DNA of 64,000 nucleotides. It comes from Squalus acanthias. Its lineage: Eukaryota. The position numbers were made by a program, and so were the translations under genes. This document shows, in pieces, positions 1 to 13,122 of the stretch (the stretch's first letter is position 1; each line of letters starts with the position of its first letter). Where the stretch lies: assembly GCA_030390025.1 (NCBI GenBank), contig CM059437.1, positions 15,438,001 to 15,502,000 on the forward strand, read 5' to 3'. The notes under the pieces are model-generated. The model was not told the DNA's origin. It saw only the letters and a program-made list of their open reading frames with translations, and did not search any database.

Positions 1-235
1 TACATCTATCCATCCAATAGGACACCAAGAACTCAACTCATCACCCTTATGCATTCTCTTAGTGACTGTCTCGTGTGTGTCTTTGCCTATCCTACTGATG
101 TCACACAGTGCTACCCCAGTGGCTGCAGCATGGCTGGTGGAAGACTGCTGACTTTCAGTGGGGGACACTGCAAATGGCCTTGCTAGTTGACCTTGAGGAG
201 CTGCTGGCTGGGAGTGTCAAATCGAGTGATGGTGA
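1..235 (-). mobile_element. Internal fragment of non-autonomous PIF/Harbinger-like element (family A)
   Basis: Highly similar to 9480-9710 and the reverse complement of ~55380-55575; truncated by the window edge and a LINE insertion. Confidence 0.65.
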
Positions 236-1786
236 AGCTTCTTCTTCTTCTTCTTCTTCTTCTCCTGGCCCCTTTTTTTTTATTTGTTCCTGGGCTGCGG
301 GCGTCGCTGGCAAGGCCAGCATTTATTGCCCATCCCTAATTACCCTTGAGAATGTGGTGGTGAGCCGCCTTCTTGAACTGCTGCAGTCTGTGTGGTGAAG
401 GTACTCCCATAGTGCTGTTAGGGTGCGAGTTCCAGGATTTTGACCCAACGACGATGAAGGAACGGCGATATATTTCCAAGTCAGGATGGTGTGTAACTTG
501 GAGGGGAACTTGGAGGTGATGGTGTTCCCATGCGCTTGCTGCCCTTGTCCTGCTAGGTGGTAGAGGTCGCAGGTTTGGGAGGTGCTGCCGAAGAAGCCTT
601 GGCGAGTTGCTGCAGTGCATCTTGTAGATGGTACACACTGCAGCCACGGTGCGCAGGTGGTGGAGGGAGTGAATGTTTGAGGTGCTAGATCAGGTGTCGA
701 TCAAGCGGGCTGCTTTGTCCTGGATTGTGTCGAGCTTCAAGTGCTGTTGAAGCTGCTCTCATTCAGGCAAGTGGAGACTACTCCATCACACTCCTCACTT
801 GTGCCTTGTAGATGGCGGAAAGGCTTTGGGGAGTCAGGAGGTGAGACACTCGCTGCAGAGTACCCAGCCTCCGACCTGTTCTTGTGGCCACATTATTTAT
901 GTGGCTGGTCCAGTTAAGTTTCTGGTCAAAGGTTACCCACCAGGATGTTGATGGTGGGGGATTCAGTGATGGTGATGCCATTGAATGTCAAGGGGCAGTG
1001 TTTAGACTTTCTCTTGTTGGACTTAGTCATTGCCTGGCACTTGCGTGGCGCGAATGTTACTTGCCACTTAGCAGCCCAAGCCTAGGACACTGCCCTGAGG
1101 AACTCCTGCAGTGACATCCTGGGGCTGAGATGATTGACCTCCAACAACCAAAACCGTCTTCCTTTGTGCTAGGTATGACTCCAGCCAATGGAGAGTTTTC
1201 CCCCTGATTAACATTGACTTTAATTTTACTGGGGCTCTTTGAAGCCACACTCAGTCAAATGCTGCCTTGATGTCAAGGGCAGTCACTCTCACCTCACCTC
1301 TGGAATTCAACTCTTTTGTCCATGTTTGGATCAAGGCTGTAATGAAGTCTGGAGCTGAGTCATCCTGACAGAACCCAAACTGGGCATCAGTGAGCAGGTT
1401 ATTGGTGAGTAAGTGCCACTTGATAGCACTGTCGACGACACCTTCCATCACTTTGCTGATGATTGAGAGTAGACTGATGGGGCGGTAATTGGCCAGATTG
1501 GATTTGTCCTGCTTTTTGTGGACAAGACATACCTGGTCAGGTTTCCACATTGTCGGATAGATGCCAGTATTGTAGCTGTACTGGAACAGCTTGGCTAGAG
1601 GCGCGGCTAGTTCTGGAGCACAAGTCTTCAGCACGACAGCCAGAATGTTATCGGGGCCCATAGCCTTTGCTGTATCCAGTGCGCTCAGCTGTTTCTTGAT
1701 ATCACATGGAGTGAATCAGATTGGCTGAAGACTGGCTTCTGTGACGGTGGGAACTTCAGGAGGAGGCCGATATGGATTATCCACTC

Positions 1787-1890
1787 AACAACAACAACAA
1801 CAACAACTTGTATTTATATAGCACCTTTAACGTAGCAAAACGTCCCAAGGCGCTGCACAGGAGTGTTATAAGACAAAACAACTGACACCG
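1787..1890 (-). mobile_element. Short L2 3'-end fragment with (GTT)n tail, nested in the LINE
   Basis: Reverse complement of the L2 tail at 11720-11827; resumes (gagccacat) at 2830 after the LTR. Confidence 0.8.
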
Positions 1891-1893
1891 CTC

Positions 1894-2829
1894 TGTAGGG
1901 GGTGGTGGTGGGGTCAGCCTTTCCCCTGACTCAGTGAGCGGTTCGAATCGCTTCCACGCCCCAGGTTCAAAACTTGGACTTATTTAGGGGTTGTGAATAA
2001 AGATGCAGTAGACAACAGGTTCCGATGAAAGAATTATAACTTTTATTAAAATTAAAAGGTAACAAACTGAAACACACTTCACACTTAAGCAGGTTTGGGG
2101 AACACACGGTTACCGGCGAGGGAGAATGACAATATACAAGAAAAACCTTTATCCCTCCCAAAAATCCCACTATCTAGCTAGGTTTCGGTTTCAGGAGATC
2201 AGGGATAATGCTCACCAAACAGGGGTATTAACAGTACGAAATCCAGCCAGGTAAGTTGATGGTGATTCTGGTCATCGAATGTCTTCCTTTACCATGCGGC
2301 TTCTGGGCAGAGCTGAGAGGGAGCGTTGTTCCAGCGTGGTCGGCGAGTCGAAAGAGAAAGAAATCTTGAGTCCTGCTGCAATTATAGTCCTTTTCGCCCC
2401 CCCTTCCCCAAAACTCCTCACAAAAACTGGTTTCGTAATGCAGTGAGTTTCAGGTGAGGCCTGTTCATTGTCTTGTTAAATTTTGATGGGTCTTCAACTA
2501 TGCTAAACCAAATCAAATGGCTTGCGTCCTGTTGAGCTGTTGTTTTATGGAAGCTTGCATTGTTCTCATGTTTTGGGTTCCTTGCTGGGCCTAGCATTCC
2601 TATGGGTTCTGTGTTGTGGGTGGGGCGGCCTTCTCCCAGGGCCTATTGTCCAAATGTTAATGTTTGCTGGGCTTTGGATCCCCAGACAATGCAATCCTCA
2701 AGCCTGCTATTCACAGAGGTAGATCCACGTGCGGTACATGTCCAGACATGTTCCTTTAAAGTTCCAAAGTCCTTATCTTTTTTTTCCCTTAGATATTTTT
2801 GGGGATCTGCAAATTTTGGAAACTTTACA
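1894..2829 (-). mobile_element. Putative solo LTR
   Basis: TGTA...TACA termini; minus-strand TATA-like motif (~2384) followed by AATAAA (~2045); cleanly interrupts the L2 tail. Confidence 0.65.
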
Positions 2830-4335
2830 GAGCCACATCCAGTACAGCTACAACTTGGCACGTCTGGCTGAAGGTGGTTGCAAATGCTTCAGCCTTGTCT
2901 TTTGCACTCGCGTGCTGGGCTCCACCATCATTGAGGATGGGGATATTCATGGAGCCTCCTCCTCCCGTTAGTTGTTTAATTGTCCACCACCATTCATGAC
3001 TGGATGTGGCAGGACTGCAGAGCTTTGATCTGATCCGTTGATTGTGGGATCGCTTAGCCCTGTCTATAGCATGCTGCTTCCACTGTTTAGCATGCGTGTA
3101 GTCCTGTGTTGCAGCTTCCCCAGGTTGGCACCTTATTTTTAGGTACGCCTGTTGCTACTCCTGGCATGCTGTTCTGCACTTCTCATTAAACCGGGGTTGG
3201 TCCCCTGGCTTGATGGTAATGGTAGAGTGAGGAATATGCCGGGCCATGAGGTTACAGATTGTGGTGGAGTTCAATTCTGCTGCTGCTGACCCACAGCGCC
3301 TCATAGATGCCCAGTTTTGAGCTGCTAGATCTGTTCTGAATCTATCCCATTTAGCACGGTGGTAGTGCCACACAACACGATGGAGGGTGTCCTTAGTGTG
3401 AAGACGGGACTTAGTCCCCACAAGGACTGTGTGGTGGTCACTGCTACCAATGTTGCCATTGACAGATGCATCTGCGAAAGGTAGACTGGTGAGGACGAGG
3501 TCACGTAGGTTTTTCCCTCATGTTGGTTCTCTCATCACCTGCCGCAGGCCCAGTCTGGCAGGACTCAGCCAGCTTGGTCAGCAGTGGTGCTACCGAGCCA
3601 CTCTTGGTGCTGGACATTGAAGTCCACCACCCAGTGTACATTCTGTGCCCTTGCTACCCTCAGTGCTTCTTCCAAGTGGTGTTCAACATGGAGAAGTACT
3701 GATTCATTAGATGAGGGTGGGTGGTAGTTGGTAATCAGCAGGAGGTTTCCTTGCCCATGCTTGACCTGAAGCCATGAGACTTCATGGGGTCCGGAGTCAA
3801 TGTTGAAGGCTCCCAGGGCCACTCCCTCCAGACTGTATACCACTGTGCCGCCACCTCTGGTGGGTCTGTCCTGCCGGTGGGACAGGACATACCCAGGGAT
3901 GGTAATGGCGGAGTCTGGGACATTGGCTGAAAGGTATGTTTCTGTGAGTATGACTATGTCAGGCTGTTGCTTGACTAGTCTGTGAGACACCTCTCCCAAT
4001 TTTGGCACAAGTCCCCAGATGTTAGTGAGGAGGTCTTTGCAGGGTTGACTGGGCTGGCTTTGCCGTTGTCGTCTCCGAAGCCAGTGCCGAGATCGATGCC
4101 GGGTGGTCCGTCCGGTTTTATTCTTATTATTGCTTTTCGTAGTGGTTTGTTACAACTGAGTGGCTTGCTGGGCCATTTCAGAGGGCAGTTAAGAGTCAAC
4201 CACATTGCTGTGGGTCTGGAGTCACATATAGGCCAGACCAGGTAAGGACGGCAGATTTCTTTCCCTCAGGGACAGTTAGTGAACCAGATGAGTTTTTACG
4301 ACAATCCGTTTCATGGTCAACATTACTGTTACTAG

Positions 4336-4480
4336 TGTGGCATGGTAGGTTAGTGCTGCGCTACGCATCGCCAACCCTAGGGCGAATTTTTTCAGCGGTA
4401 GTGCTGCGGCCATTTTCAGCAGCCGTTAACTCGCGTTGCTGGTGACTCCAGCAGCTTTTTGTCGCACACCAATTTTTCGG
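4336..4480 (-). mobile_element. Subterminal fragment of Harbinger family A
   Basis: Similar to the reverse complement of 54300-54410 (GTTAAC, gcgctaaacctacc blocks). Confidence 0.5.
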
Positions 4481-4481
4481 A

Positions 4482-6416
4482 GTAGGTCTTGTGTCAGTTC
4501 TTATATTTATTGTGCTCTAGATTCTTCATGTGGCATTCACATGTACATCTAAATGATTGGCTCATTCAAGCATGGCTTTAGTCCTTGTTCATGATTGGTT
4601 CAAAGTTTAGTGGGGTTACAGCATCATGTGTGTCACTTTTTTTTAAATTTGTTTTTATGGGATGTGGGCGTCGCTGGCAATGCCAGCATTTATTGCCCAT
4701 CCTAGTTGCCCTTGAAAAGGTGGTGGTGAGCTGCCTTCTTGAACCGCTGCAGTCCGTGTGGTGAAGGTACTCCCACAGTGCTGTTAGGTAGGGAGTTCCA
4801 GGATTTTGACCCAGCGACGATGAAGTATCGACGATATACTTCTAAGTCAGGATGGTGTGTGACATGGAGGGGAACTTGGAGGTGGTGGTGTTCCCATGCG
4901 CCTGCTGCCCTTGTCCTTCTAGGTGGAAGAGGTCGCGGGTTTGGGAGGTGCTGCCGAAGAAGCCTTGGCGAGTTGCTGCAGTGCATCTTGTAGATGGTAT
5001 ACACTGCAGCCACGGTACGCCGGTGGTGGAGGGAGTGAATGTTTAAGGTGGTGGATGGGGTGCCAATCAAGTGGGCTGCTTTGTCCTGGATGGTGTCGAG
5101 CTTCTTGAGTGTTGTTGGAGCTGCACTCATCCAGGCAAGTGGAGAGTATTCCATCACACTCCTTACTTGTGCCTTGTAGATGGTGGAAAGGCTTTGGGGA
5201 GTCAGGAGGTGAGACACTCGCCGCAGAATACCTAGCCTCTGACCTGCTCTTGTTGCCACAGTATTTATGTGACTGGTCCAGTTAAGTTTCTGGTTAATGG
5301 TGACGCCCAGGATGTTGATAGTGGGGGAATCGGCGATGGTAATGTCATTGAATGTCAAGGGGTGGTTAGACTCTCGCTTGTTGGAGATAGTCATTGCCTG
5401 GCACTTCTGTGTCGCGAATGTTACCTGCCACTTATCAGCCCAAGCCTGAACGTCGTCCAGGTCTTGTTGCATGCGGGCATGGACTGCTTCATTATCTGTG
5501 GAGTTGTGAATGGCGCTGAACACTGTGCAGTCATCAACGAACATCCCCATTTCTGACCTTATGTCAGAGGGAAGGTCATTGATGAAGCAGCTGAAGATGG
5601 TTGGGCCTAGGACACTGCCTTGAGGAACTCCTGCAGCGATGTCCTGGGGCTGTGATGATTGACCTTCAACCACCACAACCATCTTCCTTTGTGCTAGGTA
5701 TGACTCCAGCCAGTGGAGTGTTTTCCCCCGATTCCCATTAACTTCAGTTTTACTAGGGCTCCTTGATGCCAGACTCGGTCAAATGCTGCCTTGATGTCTA
5801 GGGCAGTCACTCTCACCTCACCTCTGGAATTCAGCTCCTTTGTCCATATTTGGACCAAGGCTGTAATGAGGTCAGGAGCCGAGTGGTCTTGGCGGAACCC
5901 AAACTGGGACATCAGTGAGCAGGTTATTGGTGAGTAAGTGCCGCTTGATAGCACTGTCGATGACACCTTCCATCACTTTGCTGATGATTGAGAGTAGACT
6001 GATGGGGCGGTAATTGGCCGGGTTGGATTTGTCCTGTTTTTTGTGGACAGGACATACCTGGGCAGTTTTCCACATTGTCGGATAGATGCGAGTGTTGTAG
6101 CTGTACTGGAACAGCTTGGCTAGAGGTGCGGCTAGTTCTGGAGCACAAGTCTTCAGCACGACAGCCAGGATGTTGCAGTTTAATGAGGGTCTTATCTCAA
6201 GACAGTGCTGGTCGATTCCACTGGTTGCATAGCAATGCCAGACATGTCCCTGGCCACAACTGCTTCTTTTATCTTAATAATGTCTGTTAAAAATGTTCCT
6301 CCATATTCTTTGTTCTCAACTTGCATTTTAAATTGCTGTAACCATCATTAAAAAAAGTTCTCTTTTGTATTAAAGTTCTTGTTGTTGTCAGGGATGTTTA
6401 AAATAGATTTCCCTTC
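4482..6416 (-). mobile_element. Partial solo LTR, split by a LINE insertion
   Basis: 4482-4637 and 6173-6416 join collinearly and match 51853-52253; ends gatttcccttCA. Confidence 0.75.
4637..6173 (-). mobile_element. CR1-group LINE, 5'-truncated (same family as 272-4335)
   Basis: ORF 4702-5682 RT ([14 protein letters not shown]) plus upstream frameshifted pieces; same 3' tail and poly-A. Confidence 0.92.
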
Positions 6417-6767
6417 ACTTCCCTCCAATAGATGGACTTCAATGTCCTCGATACTCCAAAGCACTTTACAAACAATGGGTTACTTTAGAAGTGCCTGATG
6501 GTGGTGGGAGGGGTGGATAAGTAATTATCGGGGCGGGTAGTTTAGATTGATGCTGGTCAAGAGTGAGTACCCGTCCTGGACTAATTCCACTTTAACTATA
6601 ACACTGACACAGTGCTGCCAACTCATGTCTTAGGAGAGCTTCCAACTCCTAAGATACTGACAGGAAAAGCAAAAATAGGCCTGGTGCATAAATCTTTGAT
6701 TCACTTGGATGTGGGATCATAGTTTTCGCTGATTGCTTATTTGATCTTGATTATATGGATGTAGTTA

Positions 6768-7086
6768 AGAAAGACTTGCATTTATATAGCGCCTTTCACA
6801 ACCTCAGGCCATCCCAAAGCGCTTTTGCCAATGAAGTACTTTTGAAGTGTAGTCACTGTTGTAATGTAGGAGACGCGGCAGCCAATCTGCACACAGCAAG
6901 CTCCCACAAACAGCAATGAGATAATGACCAGATCATCTGTTTTAGTGATGTTGGTTGAGGGATAAATATTGGTCATGACACCGAGGAGAACTCCCCTGCT
7001 TTTATTCAAAATAGTGTCCTGGGATCCCTTAACATCCGCCTGAGAGAGCAGACGGGGCCTCGCTTTAACGTCTCATCCGAAAGACC
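6768..7086 (-). mobile_element. Deu-domain SINE (SacSINE1/AmnSINE1-related), 5'-truncated
   Basis: Reverse complement reads GTCTTTCGGATGAGACGTTAAAGCGAGGCCCCGTCTG... with L2-type tail AAAGGCGCTATATAAATGCAAG; matches 36627-36955. Confidence 0.8.
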
Positions 7087-7630
7087 GTGGGTTCAAGATG
7101 TGGATATTGTAAATGTGACTGGTTTTAGGTTTCGCATTAGAAAAGCAAGTGAATTTATTAGTCAAAGAGCACTAAAGTAACCAATGAGAATATGCTCCAT
7201 GATCCACTGAAGTAGATATAAACGGTCCCAGATAAACATTCAGAATAGTTGTTTGAGAAAGTAGGTGATAGATCAAGAAGGAACCTCATGGAAGATTTAA
7301 GCAATATCAATGGGAAATGATAAGTTATGCTGTCTGGCTTTATCTTAGGGGACAGGAGCTATAGCAACGGTGAGTTCAAAGCATTAATAATTTTTAGATT
7401 ACCTTGGGCGACATTTTAGAAAGTGCAGAAAGAAAATGCTTATTCCGGACAACTTGCATTTCCATTGTGCTCTTCACATGCCGAATGCTGTACAGGGTAA
7501 AGAGTTGATACCAAATAGAGGGGCAAAGGGAAAAAGAGGGGTTGGAGGGACATAAACACAATCAAAGAGAAGGATCTTGAGCTAATAGATTGGGAGGAGT
7601 GCGACCTGAGATGAGTGTCTGCTTTATAAA

Positions 7631-8126
7631 ACTTCAGCAGCCAGGGGTATTCAGCCTCGGATCTGCGGGTAAGCGTTCTCCAAGGCGGCCTTCGGGATAC
7701 ACGACAGCGCAAAATCATAGAGCAGAAACTGATAGCCAAGTTCCGCACTCATGAGGATGGCCTCAATCGCGATATCGGGTTCATGTCACGATACAGAACG
7801 TGACTTGACATCATGGCCGGTCTTTCCAGGTGTTTTTTTTTTAAAAAGACTAACACAAGAACCAACACAAATTGACAGGCTATGCAGCCAGCAGGTGTTT
7901 TGACACGTTGGACCCCCTGGGACACATCTCATTGTCTTGGCTGTGCTCTTAGTGTGTCTTTGATGTAGGGAAAGATTTGAATAGATTTTGTCTGTGTTTA
8001 TATTGTGAATTCTGGGAGATTCTCTCACTGCTACCCTACCTGAGGAAGGAGCGAACCGCTCCGAAAGCTTGTAAAATTAAATAAATCTGTTGGACTATAA
8101 CCTGGTGTTGTGCGACTTCTCATTTT
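7631..8126 (+). mobile_element. Penelope-like element family 1, 3' fragment (GIY-YIG C-terminus + pLTR)
   Basis: Translates to ...SDLRVSVLQGGLRDTRQRKIIEQKLIAKFRTHEDGLNRDIGFMSRY; contains a hammerhead motif; flanked by tgctttataaa (7620-7630 / 8127-8137). Confidence 0.85.
8037..8073 (+). ncRNA. Minimal type I hammerhead ribozyme motif
   Basis: tac-CTGAGGA-a-ggagcg/cgctcc stem II-GAAA-gctt-gta; palindromic AAGCTT in place of stem III. Confidence 0.75.
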
Positions 8127-8789
8127 TGCTTTATAAAGAGTTGAGCAAGAAAACCTGGGGAAACTGAATGGTAAGCTATCACTTCAAAAATCGACAGAAC
8201 ACTTCAGCTGTTGGACAATGCTTTGAAAAAACTAGGGGAGATTGACCTCGATTAATATGCAGACCAGCCTATGGCAGTACGTAGGAGCTGTTTGTTCTAT
8301 CAGAGAAGACACAGCCTTGTGGAAATAACTTACTAGAACATGAATAACCTGACCAAAAAATCACAGGGATAAGTCTTTTTCAGGTACCAGTCAAGCTTCA
8401 CCAATTATCTGCAGCTTAACTGGCCTTACCAGAGGGAGCCCAAATGGAGATTGCATAAGATCAGCTTTCACTCGCACTGCAAATAATCAAAGGGGGTGAA
8501 GGAAATGACCACTGCTAACAATGACGCCAAATTCTGACCTTAAAAAAGGGCGCTATAATATTGCAACAAAAATTAAACTGGAAAACAAAAATCAAGTGTT
8601 GATATGCTGCTGATTGGAGCCATCATCCCCTTGCCAGGAATGAGAGTTCGTTCACTTAAAGATTTATTGGAGGAAATGATACTCACAGACAACACGTGCG
8701 ATGATGCAAAGGCTACGGGAGACCTCATGTTACAGTTGCTGAGCTCAGTCGCTGCCATTGTCTGCGCTCACTGGAAAAATGGTAATTAG

Positions 8790-10390
8790 TCAGATCGTGC
8801 AACGCTGAATTGACGCACAACCTGCTATTTTGGATGGCGCCGCTCCATTCAATGCCCTCTTCAAAGCACGCACAGCTGAACCTGCATGACGGACCACCAC
8901 CAGTGCTTCTTAAAGGGACACCCGCAACTTTGGGGTAAGTTTAGATTTTTGCTTTTGTACTGGTTCCTGCACATTTTATTTGAATAGTGGCTTGGCGTAA
9001 GACATTTAAAAAATTGTTAAAGTGTGCAGGGAGTGCTGCTGGACATTTGCAAGGCTTTGGCTCTTAAAGGAAGGCTTCTGAGAACACCACTTGCTCCCAG
9101 TCCTGGGAGGTCTAGTTGCAGTCCCCCTTGAGCTGCAGCATGACATGAAGATAGAGCAGAGGCAGCAAAGGGGATAAGCTGCTCACAGAGGGAAGAGGAG
9201 GAGGAAGGGGAGAAGGCGGAAGAGGAAGTAGCAGAAGATAAAGAAGCAGAAGAGGAGGAAGCGGAAGGAAGGAAGCAACCCAGACAGCCCCTTTCTGGTG
9301 GGATATCCGGGATCGAATCATCCGCCTGCGGTATCAATGACCACAACCCCAATTACCATTTCAACTTTTGTCCCACACCTTACCTTCCCTCTGTTACTGA
9401 CCATCACAGCATCCTCTTGGCCACAATGCTGAAATAAAAGCCACCACAAAGCAAACTTCCAATCCAACTTTATCCATATATGCACCCAAGATGACATCAA
9501 GAAATCGACTAAACACCCTTGTGCATTCCCTTAGTGACTGTCTTGCGTGTGCCTTTGCTTATCTTAGTGCTCCTCTGTAGTGCTACTCAGTGGCTGCAGC
9601 ATGGCTGGTGGAAGGCTTCTGACTTTCAGTGGGGGACACTGCAGATGGCCTTGCAGGACGACCTCGATGAGCTGGTGGCTGGGAGTGTGAAATCAAGTGA
9701 CAGTATTTCTTCTTCTTTTTCTTCACTCTCCTCTCCATCTTCTTGTTCAACCACTGGCTGGGCAGGCTGGATTTCTTGGGTGTGTGAAATGAAGAAGGCT
9801 CAAGAGTAGGGTTGTAGTGAGGGGAGAGGGGTCGGGGGGTGGGGGTAAAGCAAGAGGTGCATGCTTACACCTTGTGCAGCTTGTAAAGCAGAAGATATTC
9901 TGGGATGAGGGGGAAGTGGGATGTGAGAAGGAGGATAACTTATGAGGATACCGGTATCTTGTCTTCTTTCAGCCCCGCCCCGGCCAAGGGTTCAGCCAGG
10001 CCCCTGCCAAGAATGCCGAGCACCATCTTCTCCAAGGGGGTGAGGTGAAGCTAGGAATGTGAGGAGGTGAGGAGCGTCTCATGTTTGATAGAGATTGTTG
10101 GTAGGTGAGTGAAGTGGGGGGAGGGGGTCGTGCATTGAGCACTGTGTGAGGCTAGTGGTGCAGTTGGTCGGAGACGGCTTTTGAAGATGCATTCACTGAC
10201 CTTGACCACTCGTCTGAGGTCATGAAACTTCTTTGAGCACTGGAGTCACATCCTGGGGGCAAAACTGCTGGCAGTGACTGCCTCGGCGATCTGGTCCCAC
10301 ATCCTTCTTTCGGGAGGGCCTCCTGGCCCCCTGTGGGTAGAGGACCTCGAGTGCTGCATCCGAGACCCTGGGTACCTTTCCCCAGCCTGT
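8790..10390 (-). mobile_element. Non-autonomous Harbinger-like element (family A), partial
   Basis: Collinear reverse-complement similarity to 54720-56200. Confidence 0.65.
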
Positions 10391-10499
10391 TGAGCCATTT
10401 GGGTTAGTGCTTGTAATGTATTATCACATGGTTTGTCACATGGTTAGTATGAGCATGCTCAGTTCACTCTGGCCTAATAAACAAGCACCTGGACTAGCA

Positions 10500-11827
10500 A
10501 CTCATCGTGTCTCATCGTGTCTCATCAAAGTCACAAATGACATCGTTTGTGAATGTGACAAAGGTAAACTATCCTCCTCGTCCTTCTTGACTTGTCTGCA
10601 GCCTTTGACATGGTTGACCACTCCATCCTTCTCCAACGCCTCTCCACCATCGTCCAGCTGGGTGGGACTGCACTCGTCTTGTTCCATTCATATCTATCTA
10701 ATCGTAACCAGAGAATCACCTGCAACGGTTTCTCTTCCCGATCCCACATCATTAGCTCTGGTGTCCCCCAAGGATCTATCCTTGGCCCCCTCCTATTTCT
10801 CATCTACATGTTGTCCCTTGGCGACATCATCCGAAAACACAGCATCAGTTTCCATATGCACGCTGACAAGACCCAGCTCTACCTCACTACCTCTTCTCTT
10901 GACCCCTCCATGGTCTCTAACTTGTCAGACTGCTTGTCCGACATACAGTTCTGGATGAGCAAAAATCTTCTCCAATTAAATATTGGGAAGACCGAAGCCA
11001 TTGTTTTCAGTCCCCGCCACAAACTCCGTTCCCTAGCCACTGACTCCATCCCTCTCCCTAACATCTGTCTGAGGCTGAACCACACTGTTCGCAACCTTGG
11101 TGTCATATTTGACCCTGAAATGAGCTTCCGACCACATATCCGCAGCATAACAAAGACCGCCTACTTCCACCTCCGTAACATCACCTGTCTCCGCCCTTGC
11201 CTCAGCTCATCCGCTGCTGAAACCCTCATCCATGCCTTTGTTACCTCTAGACTTGACTATTCCAATGCACTCCCGGCTGGCCTCCCACATTCCACCCTAC
11301 GTAAACTTGAGGTCATCCAAAACTCGACTGCCCGTGTCCTAACTCGCACCAAATCCTGTTCGCCCATCTCCTCTGTGCTTGCTGACCTACATTGGCTCCC
11401 AGTTAAGCAGCGCCTCGATTTCAAAATTCTCATCCTTGTTTTCAAATTCCTCCATGGCCTCGCCCCTTCCTATCTCTGTAATCTCCTTCAGCCCCACAAC
11501 ACCCCCGAGATATCTGCGCTCCTCTAATTCTGCCCTCTTGAGCATCCCTGATTATAATCGCTCAACCTTTGGTGGCCGTGCCTTTTGTTGCCTAGGCCCT
11601 AAGCTCTGGAATTCCCTGCCTAAACCTCTCCGCCTCTCCGCCTCTCTTTCCTCCTTTAAGACGCTCCTTAAAATCTACCTCTTTGACCAAGCTTTTGGTT
11701 ACCTGCCCTAATTTCTCCTTATGTGGCACGGTGTCAAATTTTTTTTTGTCATATAATACTCCTGTGCAGCGCCTTGGGACGTTTTTCTACATTAAAGGCG
11801 CTATATAAATACAAGTTGTTGTTGTTG
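10500..11827 (+). mobile_element. L2-clade LINE, 5'-truncated
   Basis: ORF 10592-11527 RT (SAAFDMVDH, GVPQGSILGP, HADKTQLY, LHWLPV); tail aaaggcgctatataaatacaagttgttgttg. Confidence 0.92.
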
Positions 11828-12857
11828 ACGATTAATATAAATGTGAGCACGGTTCTCCCCAAAGGAAGAGCAAAGTGAACGGTCTGTGCTATCTCTTATA
11901 ATTGTTAAAGGGCAGAAATGTAACATGTTTTGAAGCAGTTTGTGTGGGACTTAAAACATTCTGGGTGCCATCACAATAGCAGACATTGTCCAGTAGTGAT
12001 GCTGTTGAACAATCGATTATTTAAACTGTATCAGAGATTCACAACATGTCGGCCTACAGCAGCTCAGGACCAGAGTGAGAGGGGGAGCTCATTAACACTA
12101 CAAGAGATGTGAAGGTAAAGTCAATAAGCAGGTGGGCAAGTAACATCTGCAAAATTAAACTTCAAGTATAAAGAAAAAAATCTTCAGTGTTTGTAAAACT
12201 ATAGATGCTGTGAGTCTGTTGAATGTTGAATGAGGCGATGGTCGACTAAAACCACTGCGAGTTCTGTTGGCAGACCCCTGAGTCATGCTCCAGAGGACTA
12301 CATCCTCCAACTTTGCAGCCTGAGGGAGTCTAATCATGAGATTGAAGAGCAATCATGTGAGCTCTATGACTATTTTAATACTGTGTGCAGCTGCTGTTTA
12401 TACAGAAATCTCTCTATATAGTGTAGGACACAACCATCTATTCTAGGCTATAAGTCAGTTTGATCTGTCAATGTTTCATTTTATGTACAAATCTCATATA
12501 AAGAAACAATTAGGAACAGACACAGAGCACTCTGGTTTCCTGATCTCAGGTATCCAACATTGCCATGGCAAGGCCTAGGATCTTATGTTTTGCTGGCATC
12601 ACAGCAGAGTGTTCATGCAGGGGAGAGGAGGATATGTTCACTGTGAATTCTCCGGGGTCATACTAAATATCTTTGGTTGGATTCCTGCCTGGATCAGGGA
12701 GCCTGCTTCAGGAAGAGGAGGGAAAATAACTGCTGTCGTCTCCTAAGGAGTGACTTGGATGGGGACCCAAAACAGGCGGAATCGCATTTGCGGAGCATTA
12801 AACGGCACGCCTGATAGTCAGGTGTTTTGAAGTCAATGGGACTGAATATCGGGCGTT

Positions 12858-13122
12858 TAACATAAGAACATAAGAAATAGGAGCAGGAGTCGGCCATTCG
12901 GCCCTTTGAGCCTACTCCGCCATTCAATGAGATCATGGCTGACCTTCTGCCTCAATTCCATTCACCGACCCTATCGTCATGTCCCTTGATGCCCTTACTA
13001 GTCAGAAATCTATCGACTTCTGTTTTGAATATACCCAATGACTGAGCCTCCACAGCCCTCTGGGGTAGAGAATTCCAAAGATTCACCACCCTCTGTGTGA
13101 AGAAATTTCTTCTCATCTCTTA
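12858..13122 (-). mobile_element. CR1 3' end fragment
   Basis: (TTCTTATG)n tail and RVVNLWNSLP-type coding remnant; inserted into an older MITE (~12745-13180). Confidence 0.85.

Larger units (their letters stand above)
272..4335 (-). mobile_element. CR1-group non-LTR retrotransposon (APE endonuclease + RT), near full length, decayed, with nested insertions
   Basis: Minus-strand ORF pieces: APE (PDIVILTETYL...GYVLSHRQDR...DFN, 3565-4008) and RT (GPDNI...NYRPISLLS...DIKAAFD; GVPQGSVLG); 3' tail GGGATGGGCAATAAATGCTGGCC plus poly-A at ~272-340; interrupted at 1787-2852. Confidence 0.9.
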
